From contig JBLDXI010000013.1 in NCBI GenBank assembly GCA_047495785.1, positions 682,001-746,000 of the forward strand: a DNA stretch of 64,000 nt, in the 5' to 3' direction. The position numbers were made by a program, and so were the translations under genes. The notes beneath the pieces are model-generated. The model was not told the DNA's origin. It saw only the letters and a program-made list of their open reading frames with translations, and did no database searches. Origin of the DNA: Lepidodermella squamata (taxonomy: Eukaryota; Animalia; Gastrotricha). Of the stretch, positions 48,142 to 61,288 are shown piece by piece; the first letter of the stretch is position 1; each line of letters starts with the position of its first letter.

Positions 48142-49744
48142 ATGCCAACGAGCCAACGTTCTAAGAATACTTTGCTACTTTTACTCTTACTATCTTGTTG
48201 TGCCTTAAATGCGTGCCACGATTCGTCGATACCAAACCATACCCTAAGTGCTTTGTCACTAATAGCCTCAGATAACACGAGACAGGTCATTCAAACTGGA
48301 AAGATAAACATATGAATGAGTCGATCGCTGTAGCAAATATATTTGAGAGCAGTTAACTCCGTTTTGACGCAATAGAAACTATGAGGACCTCTTTTTACAG
48401 CGTGTCCCAGGCCCCATTAAGAAACTGTAAAATGGTGACAATCAACACATTATGCTTCAATCAGTTCCCCGATGAGCCTTTGAAATTCGCCGCTGATCAA
48501 GGAATGAAAACTGTAGTGAGAAAATCGTTCGATTTTCAAGGAATCAGCTCATAAGGAATAAGGAATCGCAAGCACTTGGAAGCAACTCGGTTCATCCAAG
48601 TCGTTAATGGCTGTCACACACAAGCCCTGAAACATGAAATCATTTCTTTTGTCAACTTCCCTCCATTATTCTCTGAACTCGACAGACAGTGCAGCGGTCG
48701 CCTTTTGGAGCCGTTTCGGAGCCAAGTCATCGCCGCAAGTAACATGCTGATGTAACTACGATCACGTGGTGCCTCGTAATTAATTGACGTATATACAAAT
48801 TTTTAGTAAAATTAGGCAAAAATAACAAGTTTGTAAATTTTGCCATGTTTTTAATTTTGAAAGCGTCATTAGTTGCATCCGTCATCAGTAGTGCTGATAT
48901 AGATGACCCCGGTGATAGATGCCAATAGATGCCACTCCTTTGTTGAAAAACTAACGGATGCCTCACCCATAAGGAGAAAATTTCATCTTCGACCTGAGGG
49001 AAGTGCTAAATTTAAGGTAAATGGCCAATCCGTGGTTTCAATTAGAAACTAAATTCACTGAAGTAACCGCATTTCAATGGCCTCTCTCGCTACAACCATA
49101 AAGGAGATTGTTGCACTGCAACGTCGATCATAGCTGGTTGACGGCATGTGGATCGGAAAGCTGCTATGTTGACATGTTGACGCGGCATTTTTCTAACATC
49201 AGACAGTCAGAACCATACGGTTGGTATGGTTAAATCGGCTGATTTCTTCGAAAGTGGTCATTGTTTTCGAAGTAGAAATTGCAGACTAAATTTCCTGCAA
49301 GTTGTTGTACTGATTTTGTGTACCACATTCAATTCCGGCGTCACTGGTGTCACTATAGACATGCATGTAGTATGTTCGCATAGTAAAATATGTCCCTGGG
49401 TGTCAGTAAAAGCAGAATGTTAATGAAGGCTCAAATCTGGACACCTCTCAACTTGATGCATTATGGATGGTGGAATGGCTACTACTTTTTCAAAGTCCCT
49501 CAGGGACGGGCGACAAGCTTCTGCCCTGATGCTGAATGTTGAATCCAACATTGATTCGGAATTTCTGCGCAAAATTCTGATGAACAATCTGTTGAATCTC
49601 AAGCTATTCAGAAACGCCTGTTTTAAAAAATTCCAAGTGTCCGCTGTGAAAGATAAAATTACCGATTTGACCAATATGGCTATTACTATTGTTAATTTAC
49701 TCGGCGGAAAGAAAGTTGGTTTACTCTGCTTAGTCACACGTTGA
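48142..49744 (+). pseudogene. Possible decayed secreted leucine-rich-repeat gene
   Basis: Signal-like TLLLLLLLSCCALNA; a long frame at 48402-48753 broken by one TAA; LRR-like MNNLLNLKLFRN, LMLNVESN and HFNGLS; many stops. Confidence 0.25.
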
Positions 49745-50035
49745 AGGCTGAGGCTCGACTGTCAGCTCAGAAAATATATAAAACCCTTGAAAATTCAACA
49801 TTTTAGCTTTATTAAATTAGGAATCACAGCCCATAAAAGCAGTCAGTAAATGAGCCAGCAGTCAGTAACTAATAGGGGGTAAGTTCGAACATCATTTTCA
49901 ATGTAGCATGTAACATCAAAATCTAGTAAACTGCGGACATATTATTAGGTAGGAAGCAAGGTATTTTTATATTGGTATCATAGCAAACTAGTGTGATTGT
50001 TGCAGCGCTTGCGCTGAAATTTTGCGATTTGGACG

Positions 50036-51128
50036 TCACGTTTGTACTTGTAACGATCGTTTGCCAACCTGTAAACAAATTAGAGCCTAAAGTTACCAAT
50101 CTAATTTGGGAATCGAAAGCTTTACCTGAGCTTGGAACCCGGACGTGATCCCTGCGACAGAGCAACGAGATTCACAAGCTTTGCACTGTAAGTACCAAAC
50201 GCGTTCTTGTTTAATCACGTTTGTGTTAGGAGATTTGCAAGAATGGCATGTCACGTATTCCTCTGAAAAAATGAACACCTGTAGAAATAAAGTCATTTGC
50301 TAAAAATTTCATACTGATGTATTTCCGCAAAACATTCTCAATCTGCAAAGGCTGGAATCGACCCTTCATGATCAAGCAACTGTTGTTATCAAGGGAGCCA
50401 CTAAAGCACAACACAGTAAATAAAATTGCAGCAGATCTATCAACTTACATGGTTCCTAGTTCAACCAGGATGAACTGCTGCAAATGCTTCAATGGACGGT
50501 TCAAGCTGCAAAATATAACAATATTTGTTATAACGTATAAGTAATGATTTTCGCTGTAATTTTATTTTCGCGAAATTTCGCGACGACCTCGGCTCGAGGA
50601 ATTCAAGATTCGCGTCGAAAATATAGCGATCACTGATTAGTTTCTATGATTGGATAAAGTAACGAAATTCACTTATTCATACTTTTTAGCAACTTCCAAG
50701 AAGTTACTGATGCAGGTTCGCTTGGAACCAACGCGAAGTACGTTGGGGGCTCGAGTCTTAAATGGTTGCTTTACACCACCCACGAAAGCTGGATCCTTTT
50801 CCTTGAGAATCAAACATGCACGTTGGAGCAGCTAAAAATGGGTATTCAAAAATGATCGAATTTTGTCTAAAGCAGTAAGCAGGTTAGGGCTCACTTCGTC
50901 GTAGGAATAAAAGTCACCGGACGCCTCGAGAAATCCCGGGTCTGTTGCTTGAGGCTCGGTCAATTGCTGAGCTGTAATATCTGCTCCTGCGGCTAACGAT
51001 TTGGAGACCGGTTTGCGTTTGCGTTTCGGTAGTGTTGGGTCAAATGTGATGGAATCGAACAGCTCCTCGAGCTCGTCGGTTCCTTTCGACCCAGCACCTT
51101 CGGATTGCGTTTCGTTGGCGATGTTCAT
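50036..51128 (-). CDS. Divergent eIF2 beta paralog (6 exons)
   Basis: [11 protein letters not shown]; FYSYDELLQRAC; [18 protein letters not shown]; LVELGT; [16 protein letters not shown]; [12 protein letters not shown]; [10 protein letters not shown]. Intron positions are shared with the neighbouring copy. Confidence 0.88.
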
Positions 51129-52764
51129 CGTTATCTATAATGAGGTGGTAATAACGTTTTGGAAATAAATCATTGAGCGCGGCTTAGTCACCTTTGTTGT
51201 TACGGAATCGGCGCAGTATTCGTTTTGGGGCAGCGATTCGTTCTTCGGCTGTAAGCCTTGATTTGCTTTTGATAAGTCTTCCATTTTACAGGAGTAATTT
51301 GCGATAGAGAAAAATTGTTTGGTGTAAATTGATATGTGTTCATGGTTGTTTCATGAGGAAAATGACTGAATCGTGTAAAAACCCGCCTTTTAATTCGTCT
51401 GATGCGAGCTTGCATCAGCCACACTCACAAGATGAGTCATGCAACCGTTAGTCTCTGCTTGATGATTCATTCGCTTTGTGCCAAACTGTGTCGCAGCATT
51501 GCACGCCAAAAGGTTATCTGCTAGTGCTTAGTTTACGATGGTTTCACCTTATGTGTTTTATTAAATTTTATCACTCATCATAGGTAGTAGATATACAAAT
51601 GCAAAACCCCCTCAAAATTAGGACATAATTCTGGTATTTACGCAATTTAGAGACCTGATAAGCGATTCAGAGCCAATACCATTATTTTTTGATGATAGGT
51701 AATTTGAAAAAGCATGAGCTGACGCACCCATCCAGAAAATGTGACTGAAATAGCTCTTTTGGTCTACTTTTTATCATTTATTTGTAAGGTCATTACAATA
51801 TTACGGAAAAATGTCTTGCTTTTGACTTGAATTGCCATCGAATAGCATTGCGGCCATCGGGGCTAATATGTACATAGGCCATTGCGGGATATGAAGGACG
51901 TCTCTGTATAATCTCAAAGATGACCGTACCCAGAGGAATGCCTCTCGTCATTTCAGCATCGCAAGGAACGGCAGTGACAAAGCGCGGGCATTTTTTCTTA
52001 AAAACAGTGTAATTCTTCGCTTGCGTTGCTTTTCTTGTGCGGCATTGAGGAGAAAACAAGCAAAAGAATGATGTTATTTTAAACGCCAGGAATGGCGCTA
52101 AATTACTTCCGCCACGCTTGCAAGATCGCTAGCAGCTTAACCCACATACCCCCTCGATCTCCGGCGTGTTATTTTTTTCGTGAATTTTCGGGCTCGCATC
52201 GATTATTCCATAATGACTGAACACAGCTACATCAAAAGCTCATTAACAATCGTCTGTAGTCACTTTTATTATTTCCCAATGGCGTGAGACATTTCGAAAA
52301 GCAGCAATGACGACAATTTTATTTCGATCATTTTTACGTATAAAATGTGAGAAGTTGTAATGACTTTTCGATCATTTATTAGCGCGGAAGCAAGAAGAAT
52401 AAAGAACTAGATGACACAGACCATATCGTGATGAATTTTGTCATTTTTTTATATCGCATCAGATATTTATATATGCTGTAATCTTGTATATCACTAGTTG
52501 AGTTATACCCGGTTCGATCAATCATCTCGTTTGCGATAGAAAATCACACGAAAGTGACAACAATGAACAGAATACAACTGAGAGATGATATACAACATCA
52601 AAGCGAGTTCATGCGATTTTTTTAACAATATAAGGCTCTGAGTACAGCAGTTTTATATCCTTCGTACTAACAAATACGTTTAATATATAACTAATCAGAA
52701 AATTTTGTTGCGGTTTGTCGCCGATGCGACTCGCTGTTGACCGGGCGATGTTTGCGTGACGTAT

Positions 52765-53154
<390 letters not shown>

Positions 53155-53296
53155 TTAAAAGCAACATGTTAATTAACCTTATCAAGTGATAGGAATTCGT
53201 GAAACAAGGATGAGATAATGAAGTTATAAAGAGTAGCGGCCGGCACGCATTTTGTTGCTCTGACACTCTGACACGTGCGTTGGATTCATTCGCCGC

Positions 53297-53420
53297 TTTA
53301 TAAATGCCGCCTCGCACGCTGATTGGCTCGTCAGTGACGATGAAAAATGCGCGCAGCTGATTGGCTCGCGTCAGTGAAAACGCAACATGGCAACGCGCTA
53401 AAAATAGCGTCGATAGCAAC
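53297..53420 (-). promoter_or_regulatory. LC8 promoter: TATA box, duplicated CCAAT + TGACG module, X-box-like sites
   Basis: TTTATAAA 53297-53304; CTGATTGGCTCG(CG)TCAGTGA at 53319 and 53357; ATGGCAAC near 53387 and ATAGCAAC at 53413. Confidence 0.55.
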
Positions 53421-55506
53421 GAGCGTGCCAATGAAGCTGCCTCTGTAAACATTGTTGTGCGAGTCTCTGCTTGTGTACTATGCGGCGCGGGCTCTTCAAA
53501 TAAACACGTAGCATTAATAATATCAAAGATTTGATAAAGCACACGTTTGGACTACATCTTTTTCCGCACTGTAGCGATAATATTTTTTCGCATGCTTTTC
53601 ATTGCCGTCATCGTCACATCTGCCGCGAGTGCGATAGCTGTTCATCTGCCGGCACATCGTGACCTACAGCACGATTTTTATTTGACCAAATTCCTAACGA
53701 CCAACCACTGCGTTTTCATGTCGACAATTATTAATTTTTCTGTCTTTTCGCGCAGGTAGTGCATATTACGTTTTTTCGTCATCAAATCGCAGGGTTTTTT
53801 CCAATTATTTGCGTGTATGCATAGAACCTTCTCGAGAGTTTGCATTTCATAAAAAACTTTAATTAAACGAATTGCAATATTCTCCCCAGGGTGTTGTTTA
53901 GTCAAAGGTTTTTCTTCTCTTGTATAATATTTTCTGGCGATACGGTCGAGAACCTTCGCGGAGATGAAAAGCTGCCAATAGCTGCTGTGCAAAATTTAAA
54001 TGAAGACTTGAATAGAAAAGACACATGAAAGATGTTAAATTGCAGGTGCTGGCGCCGACCCAACAAAGTGATCAAAAGAGTGACTTTGCCATTGTTCTCG
54101 GCTGACATTTTGCACCATTAACAGCTTGTATAATAATAACAACAAAACAACGGCGCTAATATCAGCCATAACACATGCGTATATTTTAGGACCTTGCTAT
54201 CACTTCACGCGTGTATCAACAACCACGCAGAAGTGCCTTGTTTGTGATACGCAAAAGCATTATTCAAAACACGTTGTTGGTCGTAACGACAAGCGCTCTC
54301 GACGCTCTAAATTACAATAACTAGGCGATGATGATGATGGTGCTGACAATAGAATTGCAGAGGCTCAAAGAACCAGTGAAGATTTGGTTAACGAATTTTT
54401 ATTCTTTTATTGGTGTCTGCGGCCACGCTTCAGTGCAACTGGTTGATGAGCGAGAACCAGCCGTGTTTTTTGACGATGCTTGGCTTTCACGCCAAAGCAG
54501 CCGCGATATAATGTAATAACATGCCAAGACACGGCTATTGAGCTCGCCATAATTTTACCATCACACGGTGCATATCTTGAATATAGGCGATTGAGCACTT
54601 CACACTAAACAACGTAATACATAAGTAATAATAATGTTAATTCGACGAAGATCAAAAACCATTCGCTCTGGTGGCGCGGGCAGTTGCTTCTACTTCTGCA
54701 CTGAACTCGCAGGCAACCGAGTGCTAGACAGCATGAAATTCTACACAATATTTACAATCAAAATCCATATAATACTATGGCCATATAATGGTTACTGAAC
54801 CCAAATATAAATAATAATATCGGCCGAGTTGGCGCTGTTACTCGCTCTAGGTGCTGCTATTGTTATTATCTGCCAATAAAATTGCTTCATATAAATGAAT
54901 TAACGAAGAGAAAAAACACCCGCTGGAAACGCAACCAGTTATAAAAATCCGACGTTCCGGATTCCCGAAGAACAGTTTCTGTGGTATTTCCATCTGTTAG
55001 CCGGGTCAAATTACTACGTCTGAGTCAAAACATTATTTTTTATTACCCGATATCTGACGTGAAATCGATAAATGCTATCAGAATGAAGATCTGATGAAAA
55101 AAATCAAATACTATTTTGCATTGAGGTTTTTCTTTCAAATTTCAATTTTTTAATGTGTCTGATGAATCATAATAAGAACAGCAAAGTGTGACACGCCGAT
55201 GCCAGGCCATTATCACACATAAATAGAATACAACTTTTCATGTCTGTTGGCCATTATGTTTCTGGTGACGAAAAATAATATTCAAGCCAAAGGTGTACCA
55301 CCACCTGTGAGGAAAAAAAGAGTACAGCCATGCAATTCTGTCTTATTTATGATTCTAAAAAAAACATTTGGCTATACAGCCACAGAAATAACAAGTGGAT
55401 ATCCTTCAATGGCATCGCATGAAAAAGGTGTAGGAGACATAGGAATCAACTGTTGATTCACTCATCTTGAAAAATCTTGACGGTTTAAACCCGAAATTGA
55501 GGCTGA

Positions 55507-57170
55507 ATGATTCTTTTCGGGTGGATAGGCGTGATGCTTCTCGTTCAGAACGGTAATGGCGAGGCGCTCGACTACGGCGACGATGACTGGCGCCACACTT
55601 TGTCATCTGTGCTCAATTCCATGTTAAAGCAAGCGCCGAAAATAGGTTATTCCATGAAGTTCGCGAACCGATCTCTTCAAACTGCTGGCAGCAGCCAAGA
55701 TCGACTCGATCGTATTCTCGAGGAACTAGTAGCCTCAGCCATAAACACTGGCAATCATGGTAAAACGATTACAGTGGCGGCCATCGGTGCTTCTATAACA
55801 ACGGGAGGTGGTGTAACAGTAGGTATCCTATGAAGTTTTTACCTTGAGGTCTCATCTTGACTTTACAGAAAGCTCAAGCCTACACAACCCTATTTATCAA
55901 TTGGCTCCAATCTGCATTGAAGCCTGTTGGCACAAAAGTAGAACTCGTAAACGCTGCAATCGGTGGTACAGTCAGCGAAGTGTTTTCTTTATGCCAGCAG
56001 GAGTTTATCGACTTCAAATCGGTTGACATATTGCTCGTTGACTTTGCCGTAAATGACGGCTCGGCTATGGATAGGAAATTGCCGGGCTACAGCGCTAATT
56101 CAGACGCCGGGCGACATCTCGAGGACATAATTAGAGCTGTTTGGAAGCGCAACCCGGGTGTTCATATAATTCTGCTCAACAGTCCTTACGTTGCCAGGCT
56201 TTTCGCACCCTATCCCTACGACAGCCGATGCAACACGACCGATGATGCTTACCTACCAGTCGCTGATTATTACAGGATTCCTGTAATAGGTTGGAAGCAA
56301 TTCTTTTGCGATAAGGAGGGGGCTACCAATGGAAAGCTGTTACTCGATCTATTCTCCAGCAGCGACAACTATCACCCCTCAGCTTTGGTTCATCTGATGA
56401 CAGCAGAATTTATAATTAACTACTTCAGAAATTCCATCAAAAATTTTGCAGATCGTCTTTTGACAAATCAGCAGAGTTCCAGAGATGCGAAAGTCTTCGT
56501 ACCACCAAATTATTTGTTCAACCGGTCGCAATCCTCCTCGGAATGTTTCATGACTTTCAACCGGCCTTTCAAGCGATCTGATCGACTGGCACGGTACTTG
56601 GCTAGCGATGACATCTCGTCGATGAAAAATATCTTCCGTGGATTTTTCTTAAATGGAGTCGGCGAAAAGTTCAGGGATAGCATCACGTACTTTGCTCTTG
56701 ACCGCAAATCACCAGCTGTTATCAAATTTCGCATTCCAGTTGATCAGTCATTGCTTTCAGCAGCCAAATCTCCGCTGTGCGGGGGAGGACGGCAAACACT
56801 CCCTAGGCTAGCTTTGGTTCTAATGGCCTGTAGGAACTGCGGGCTAAGCGAGTCGGGCGAAATCTACGTCGGCGTCCGTATGTCTTTCACGAGGACAGAT
56901 TTAGATGGGGCTTCATCAGGACCCATCGGCTTTTCTTACCGCTGGCCGAAAATGACGATCGAACTTAAACCGAACATATTTTACCAGAACGTAGTTCAGC
57001 ATATTGCCTTTCCCAGGTTGGCAAGGCGCCCGAACGAAACCATCGCTTCAGTCATGTGCAAACGCCTGAAGTCTGAATTGACTGATGTTGAAGTTCGCAT
57101 TGAGAAACCTGCAACAACCCGATACCAACTGAACATAATGGGAATCGTTGTAATTCATGAATGTTGCTAA
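55507..57170 (+). CDS. Secreted SGNH/GDSL hydrolase (2 exons)
   Basis: Signal peptide; block I AAIGASITTG, block II NAAIGGTVS, block III VDFAVND, block V DNYHPS. Confidence 0.8.
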
Positions 57171-58160
57171 GCTTAACTGAGTTGTGAAAATCGAAATTGA
57201 ATTCTATCTGAAATTATTTATTGGGAAACGCAAGTAGGTATCTGCCGAATACATCTACTCGATTTTTATATGGCATGATATAAAATAAAAGAATTTACCG
57301 AATCGCGAAAGGATATTTCAGCCATTTTCCGCAATTCGCAGGATGCCAAGGCAGGTAGGCCCTGTTTGAATTTCCAGAGACTAAACAAGGGGTCCGCAGC
57401 TAGGGCCCACTGAATGCGACAGTAAAAAACTCGACCCTTGTGTGGTCATGCCTTAAAAATCAAGGTTGAATGTCTGCAATGCAAACTGCGAAAGTGTAGC
57501 ACTAGGTTGGACAAGGGTTGAACACGGCTACTTTGCCACGACTCGTCCGTGATCATGTTCCTACACAAAGCATCAACCTCCATATGATTTGAGACACATG
57601 ATGGTGACGATTGACACCTTATATTAGTGAATGGATACCATTTTGTTTTTGTTCAAAATTGGGTATAATATATAAAACTTCTCAAGAATGGAATCCAAGA
57701 GCGGACAACGGATTCATGGTTTGAGGAGCTCTATGATATTGGTGTGAGTGGCCAGAAAATCTAGATTTAAGATCATCGAGTGAGACTCTGAAATTTGTCC
57801 AGCTGAGAAAGTTATTTGAAAAAATGTTGTAAATGCTATATATAGAGATAAATAGCTGCAAAGTGATTCATAATTCAAAACGAGTGACGACCTCATCATA
57901 AAGAGACGCGTGCGTGGCGAGGCCATGCAAAAAGTTTGACAGAAATCATGGTTCATTGTTCATTGTTTTTTTCCGCCGATCTTGAGTATCAACTCGCCAA
58001 TCCAACTTCGAATCTTCGAAGCGTCGAGTAATATTCAAATGCCAGCTCAAAATTAAGCTTTTTTTTTTTAATTTTTTCGCCTTTCCTGAGGAGATCATCT
58101 TGGCTATTATTACGTCCGTCGTTTATAGTTTCAATCGATTTAATCCTTAATTACGAGAAA

Positions 58161-58761
58161 ATGGGAAATGGCTACGCAAAGGAATTGAAAAAAATTGATG
58201 GTCCACTAATGACCTTCAACCGCTATTTAGCCGTCATCTCTGAAAATCCAGGAGATCGCTCTCAACGGAATGAGTTGAAAAATGCAGGGCTAATACTTTC
58301 TCAGCGTATTGAGGCTTTGTTCCATATGAATATAACTATTCCCGAAGAAGATCGTCAACCCTTGGCTGAAATGGCGATTCAAGCAAGTCTGTTATATGGA
58401 CATCTAACAAAATTGGCAGACGAGGATGAATTGACGCCCGATCAAACGTAAGTTTATATTGGGATTTCATTTTGATTTCATACGTACTAAACGCTTTTTA
58501 TGTAGAGCACTGCTTCAAAGTTGGGCTGTTAAAAGTCTCGCCATGAGTCGTCAATTATCAGCGCAACTTGGCAAACGGATCGCAGGACTAGTTGGAAAAC
58601 TCAAATCTTTTTTCGAAGATATGGCACACGGCTTAGTCGACGTATTGAAAAAACCGGTGTTGCATGCTATCACTGGACGGCTTGTGCAGGCTATTGGACC
58701 TATGTCTTGGGTTATGGGACTGATGTGGGGAGCAGGGCAAAGGGCAATTACTGATTCTTAA
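58161..58761 (+). CDS. Uncharacterised ~180-aa helical protein (2 exons)
   Basis: ORFs 58161-58447 and 58506-58761 join in phase via a GTAAGT..TGTAG intron. Confidence 0.55.
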
Positions 58762-58909
58762 ATTTGAACAACGGCACGGTACATTAATATCTACAATGAT
58801 ATAATGACATATATAACGAACTCCAGTGATAATCTAATGATCAATCTAGTGACACAGCATATAATTTATAATGCGAATGTATATTACCTAATATATGTTA
58901 CATATCAAA

Positions 58910-61288
58910 TCAAATTATTCTTTTCCTTCGAATGCAAGTGGGACTGATCCACGTTGCTGAAGTTGAAGCTGAGAAGAGCAATACTGTGGAAGATATTACA
59001 ATCATCTGCTCAGCCTCGGTTTGCAATAGCAGACATATTAGAACACAAGGCAAAGACAGCATCAACGCATTAGCTAGGCCATACCACATGTTAGCCAATT
59101 CTGGGCAGAAAACACGAAGAGCCTTGACTACGGCCAACAGTCTCATTGCTGACGGAACTCCGATAAAGATTAAACCGAAAACGTGAGCGATAATTAGTGT
59201 CAAAACCCAAGCGGTCTGATTGTTTGAAATGCAGGTCACGGCTCTGGTTGTCGTGAACGTGTCGGTTTCTGGCGAATAGCCGGTGAGGCGTGGTACGATA
59301 TAGGTATGACATTTTAGCGGATCCCCAACGAACCACGCTAGAAGTAGAGCTGCAACACACACAGCAGAAAGAATTGCGGATCTGAATGACAGTTCGTCAA
59401 ATCGCGTTAGAGACTGAGGTGAGAGGGCGTTAAAATTACGATTTTGATGATGGCGATAATGACCTCGTTGTGGCGATTTTGCGTCAGGTGAGACAAAGCG
59501 AGATTCAGCGCCGCCACCAGCAAAATTAAGCAAATTAAAGCTGGCAAATGCTGACGATGAAGTTCCATCAAGCATCAAATCCCAATCGCCCATTCTAGAA
59601 TACCAGAAGAGACGAGAACTCAACGCTGAAAATACCACCGAAAGACCCACGGATAACAATACAATACGGCTTATCCATGCTGAGGCGGGGTTTGAATCAT
59701 TTTCCAGGGCGAAAGCGATTGAACTCCCATTCAAAACAATGCATCCAATCAGGCCAATCAACTTGGTCTTCGAATTCAGGGTTTCATTGAATTTTTTAAT
59801 AATCATGACAATTGCTGCCAGTTGACAGATGGCAATGACCGAAGAAATGACAGCTATCGTGAAAAAAGCACGTCGAGAAACTTTTGATATCGCTTCAATA
59901 TTCGACATCTGATCACGAGGAGGCTTTCCGCCCCATGCTTGCCATGCAAATTTGCGAACAGTAACCACTTGGTAGCTGCTGAAATTTGAAGGATCCAAGC
60001 CTAAAGCCCATTTATTAAGCATGTAAAACACTTCAAACCCGGCTTCACGCGACCAGTATGAAATAGCTTCGACATTGTTGTCTATTTGGCCACTTCGAAT
60101 ATTGAACGGCATATGCTGCCCCGTTCGTAGGTTGAAAGATAGCGCCGATCTAAGGACAGACTCATTCGCTGTAAGCATAACCAAATTCGGGTGATTATGA
60201 TAATCTCGAAGAGTAAAATTGAAGCGCTGCCGTAGCAATTTTTCCGTATTATCGAGGGAGATCAGAGCTTGGGCTATTGTGTCGTGGCAGTTGTAACGAT
60301 TTGTGTAATCGGCCGGTTTTACGCTGCGGTTGAACCTTTCCTCCAACGCAGCGTCGAATTCATTAACCGAGTATCCGAGCTCGTTCCTTAACGCCGCTTG
60401 TGGGCCCTCAGGAAAGTTCATGGGGCCGTAGAGAATCGTAAATTTTGCTTGCTCGATAATAATGTGTTGCGAACAACCAGTTGGAACCTGCTCGGGGGTC
60501 AAAGTTGAGGGGTCAACGAAGAAGATTGCGTTAACAATGAAAACATAACGCCTTCCTGTTATACCGAATTTAAATGACTGACAAAAGAAGCGCCAAATCA
60601 TCGGCGTAGAAGCGGCCCAGTAAAGGACTATTATTCGCGCATCGCTGTTTTTCAGCCGCATCACTGTCTCATCATCGACGTCAAGCGTCGCGCCGAAAAA
60701 GATGGTTTCCATTCCGTTCTTAGCCGCCTGCTGCTGAAGAGCCAAGGCGCCGAGGTAATCATTTGAATTTGCGGCGTTCAAAATAATCGCGAACCGCGTC
60801 CAGTTGTTGAGCTTGATGAAATGAGCGATATTTTGCGGCACTTGCTCAGGTAAAACCATCAGATAAAGGTTCTTGTATAATTTGCGATTATTCAAAATCA
60901 ACCCGCTGCAAGTCGGCCCAATATTCACCATATTGATAAGATGGGCAAATGACCCGATCGCCTTACACGAAACTGTGAAGATAGGGCCGACGCTGATCGG
61001 AGAGATGAGCTCGCCTGCTTCGAGGCGGCTCGAAAAGTCAATCGCAGTTTTAGATACGCTAAATTCTGCATCGACTGCGTGTAAATTGACGTGATAATTT
61101 TCCAATATATCAGATCGGTTGTTGGAATAGTCCACAGCGAGTTGATACGACAAACCGCAAGCTTTCTGAGATACCAAACTGACGCCGTTGTCTGCCAGAA
61201 TCGCCAGCATGCTGATGTTGTAGGCCTTTCGAGCCATTACTGCCTTCCAAGCTAGTATTAAGCAAAGTATTATGCAACACGCATTCAT
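58910..61288 (-). CDS. Intronless class C GPCR, GABA-B-receptor-type architecture (divergent)
   Basis: Signal peptide; Venus-flytrap N-terminus (LAVDYSNNRSDILENYHVNL, FIKLNNWTRFAII, LKNSDARIIV); GGKPPRD linker; no Cys-rich domain; 7 hydrophobic helices with WFVGDPL after TM4. Confidence 0.8.
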   Translation of the reverse strand: MNACCIILCLILAWKAVMARKAYNISMLAILADNGVSLVSQKACGLSYQLAVDYSNNRSDILENYHVNLHAVDAEFSVSKTAIDFSSRLEAGELISPISVGPIFTVSCKAIGSFAHLINMVNIGPTCSGLILNNRKLYKNLYLMVLPEQVPQNIAHFIKLNNWTRFAIILNAANSNDYLGALALQQQAAKNGMETIFFGATLDVDDETVMRLKNSDARIIVLYWAASTPMIWRFFCQSFKFGITGRRYVFIVNAIFFVDPSTLTPEQVPTGCSQHIIIEQAKFTILYGPMNFPEGPQAALRNELGYSVNEFDAALEERFNRSVKPADYTNRYNCHDTIAQALISLDNTEKLLRQRFNFTLRDYHNHPNLVMLTANESVLRSALSFNLRTGQHMPFNIRSGQIDNNVEAISYWSREAGFEVFYMLNKWALGLDPSNFSSYQVVTVRKFAWQAWGGKPPRDQMSNIEAISKVSRRAFFTIAVISSVIAICQLAAIVMIIKKFNETLNSKTKLIGLIGCIVLNGSSIAFALENDSNPASAWISRIVLLSVGLSVVFSALSSRLFWYSRMGDWDLMLDGTSSSAFASFNLLNFAGGGAESRFVSPDAKSPQRGHYRHHQNRNFNALSPQSLTRFDELSFRSAILSAVCVAALLLAWFVGDPLKCHTYIVPRLTGYSPETDTFTTTRAVTCISNNQTAWVLTLIIAHVFGLIFIGVPSAMRLLAVVKALRVFCPELANMWYGLANALMLSLPCVLICLLLQTEAEQMIVISSTVLLFSASTSATWISPTCIRRKRII

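Noticed and set aside
10966-51128. Apparent clustering of translation regulators (lin-41, eIF4E-binding microprotein, two eIF2-beta genes)
   Set aside because: They are interspersed with unrelated genes, and nothing suggests more than chance.
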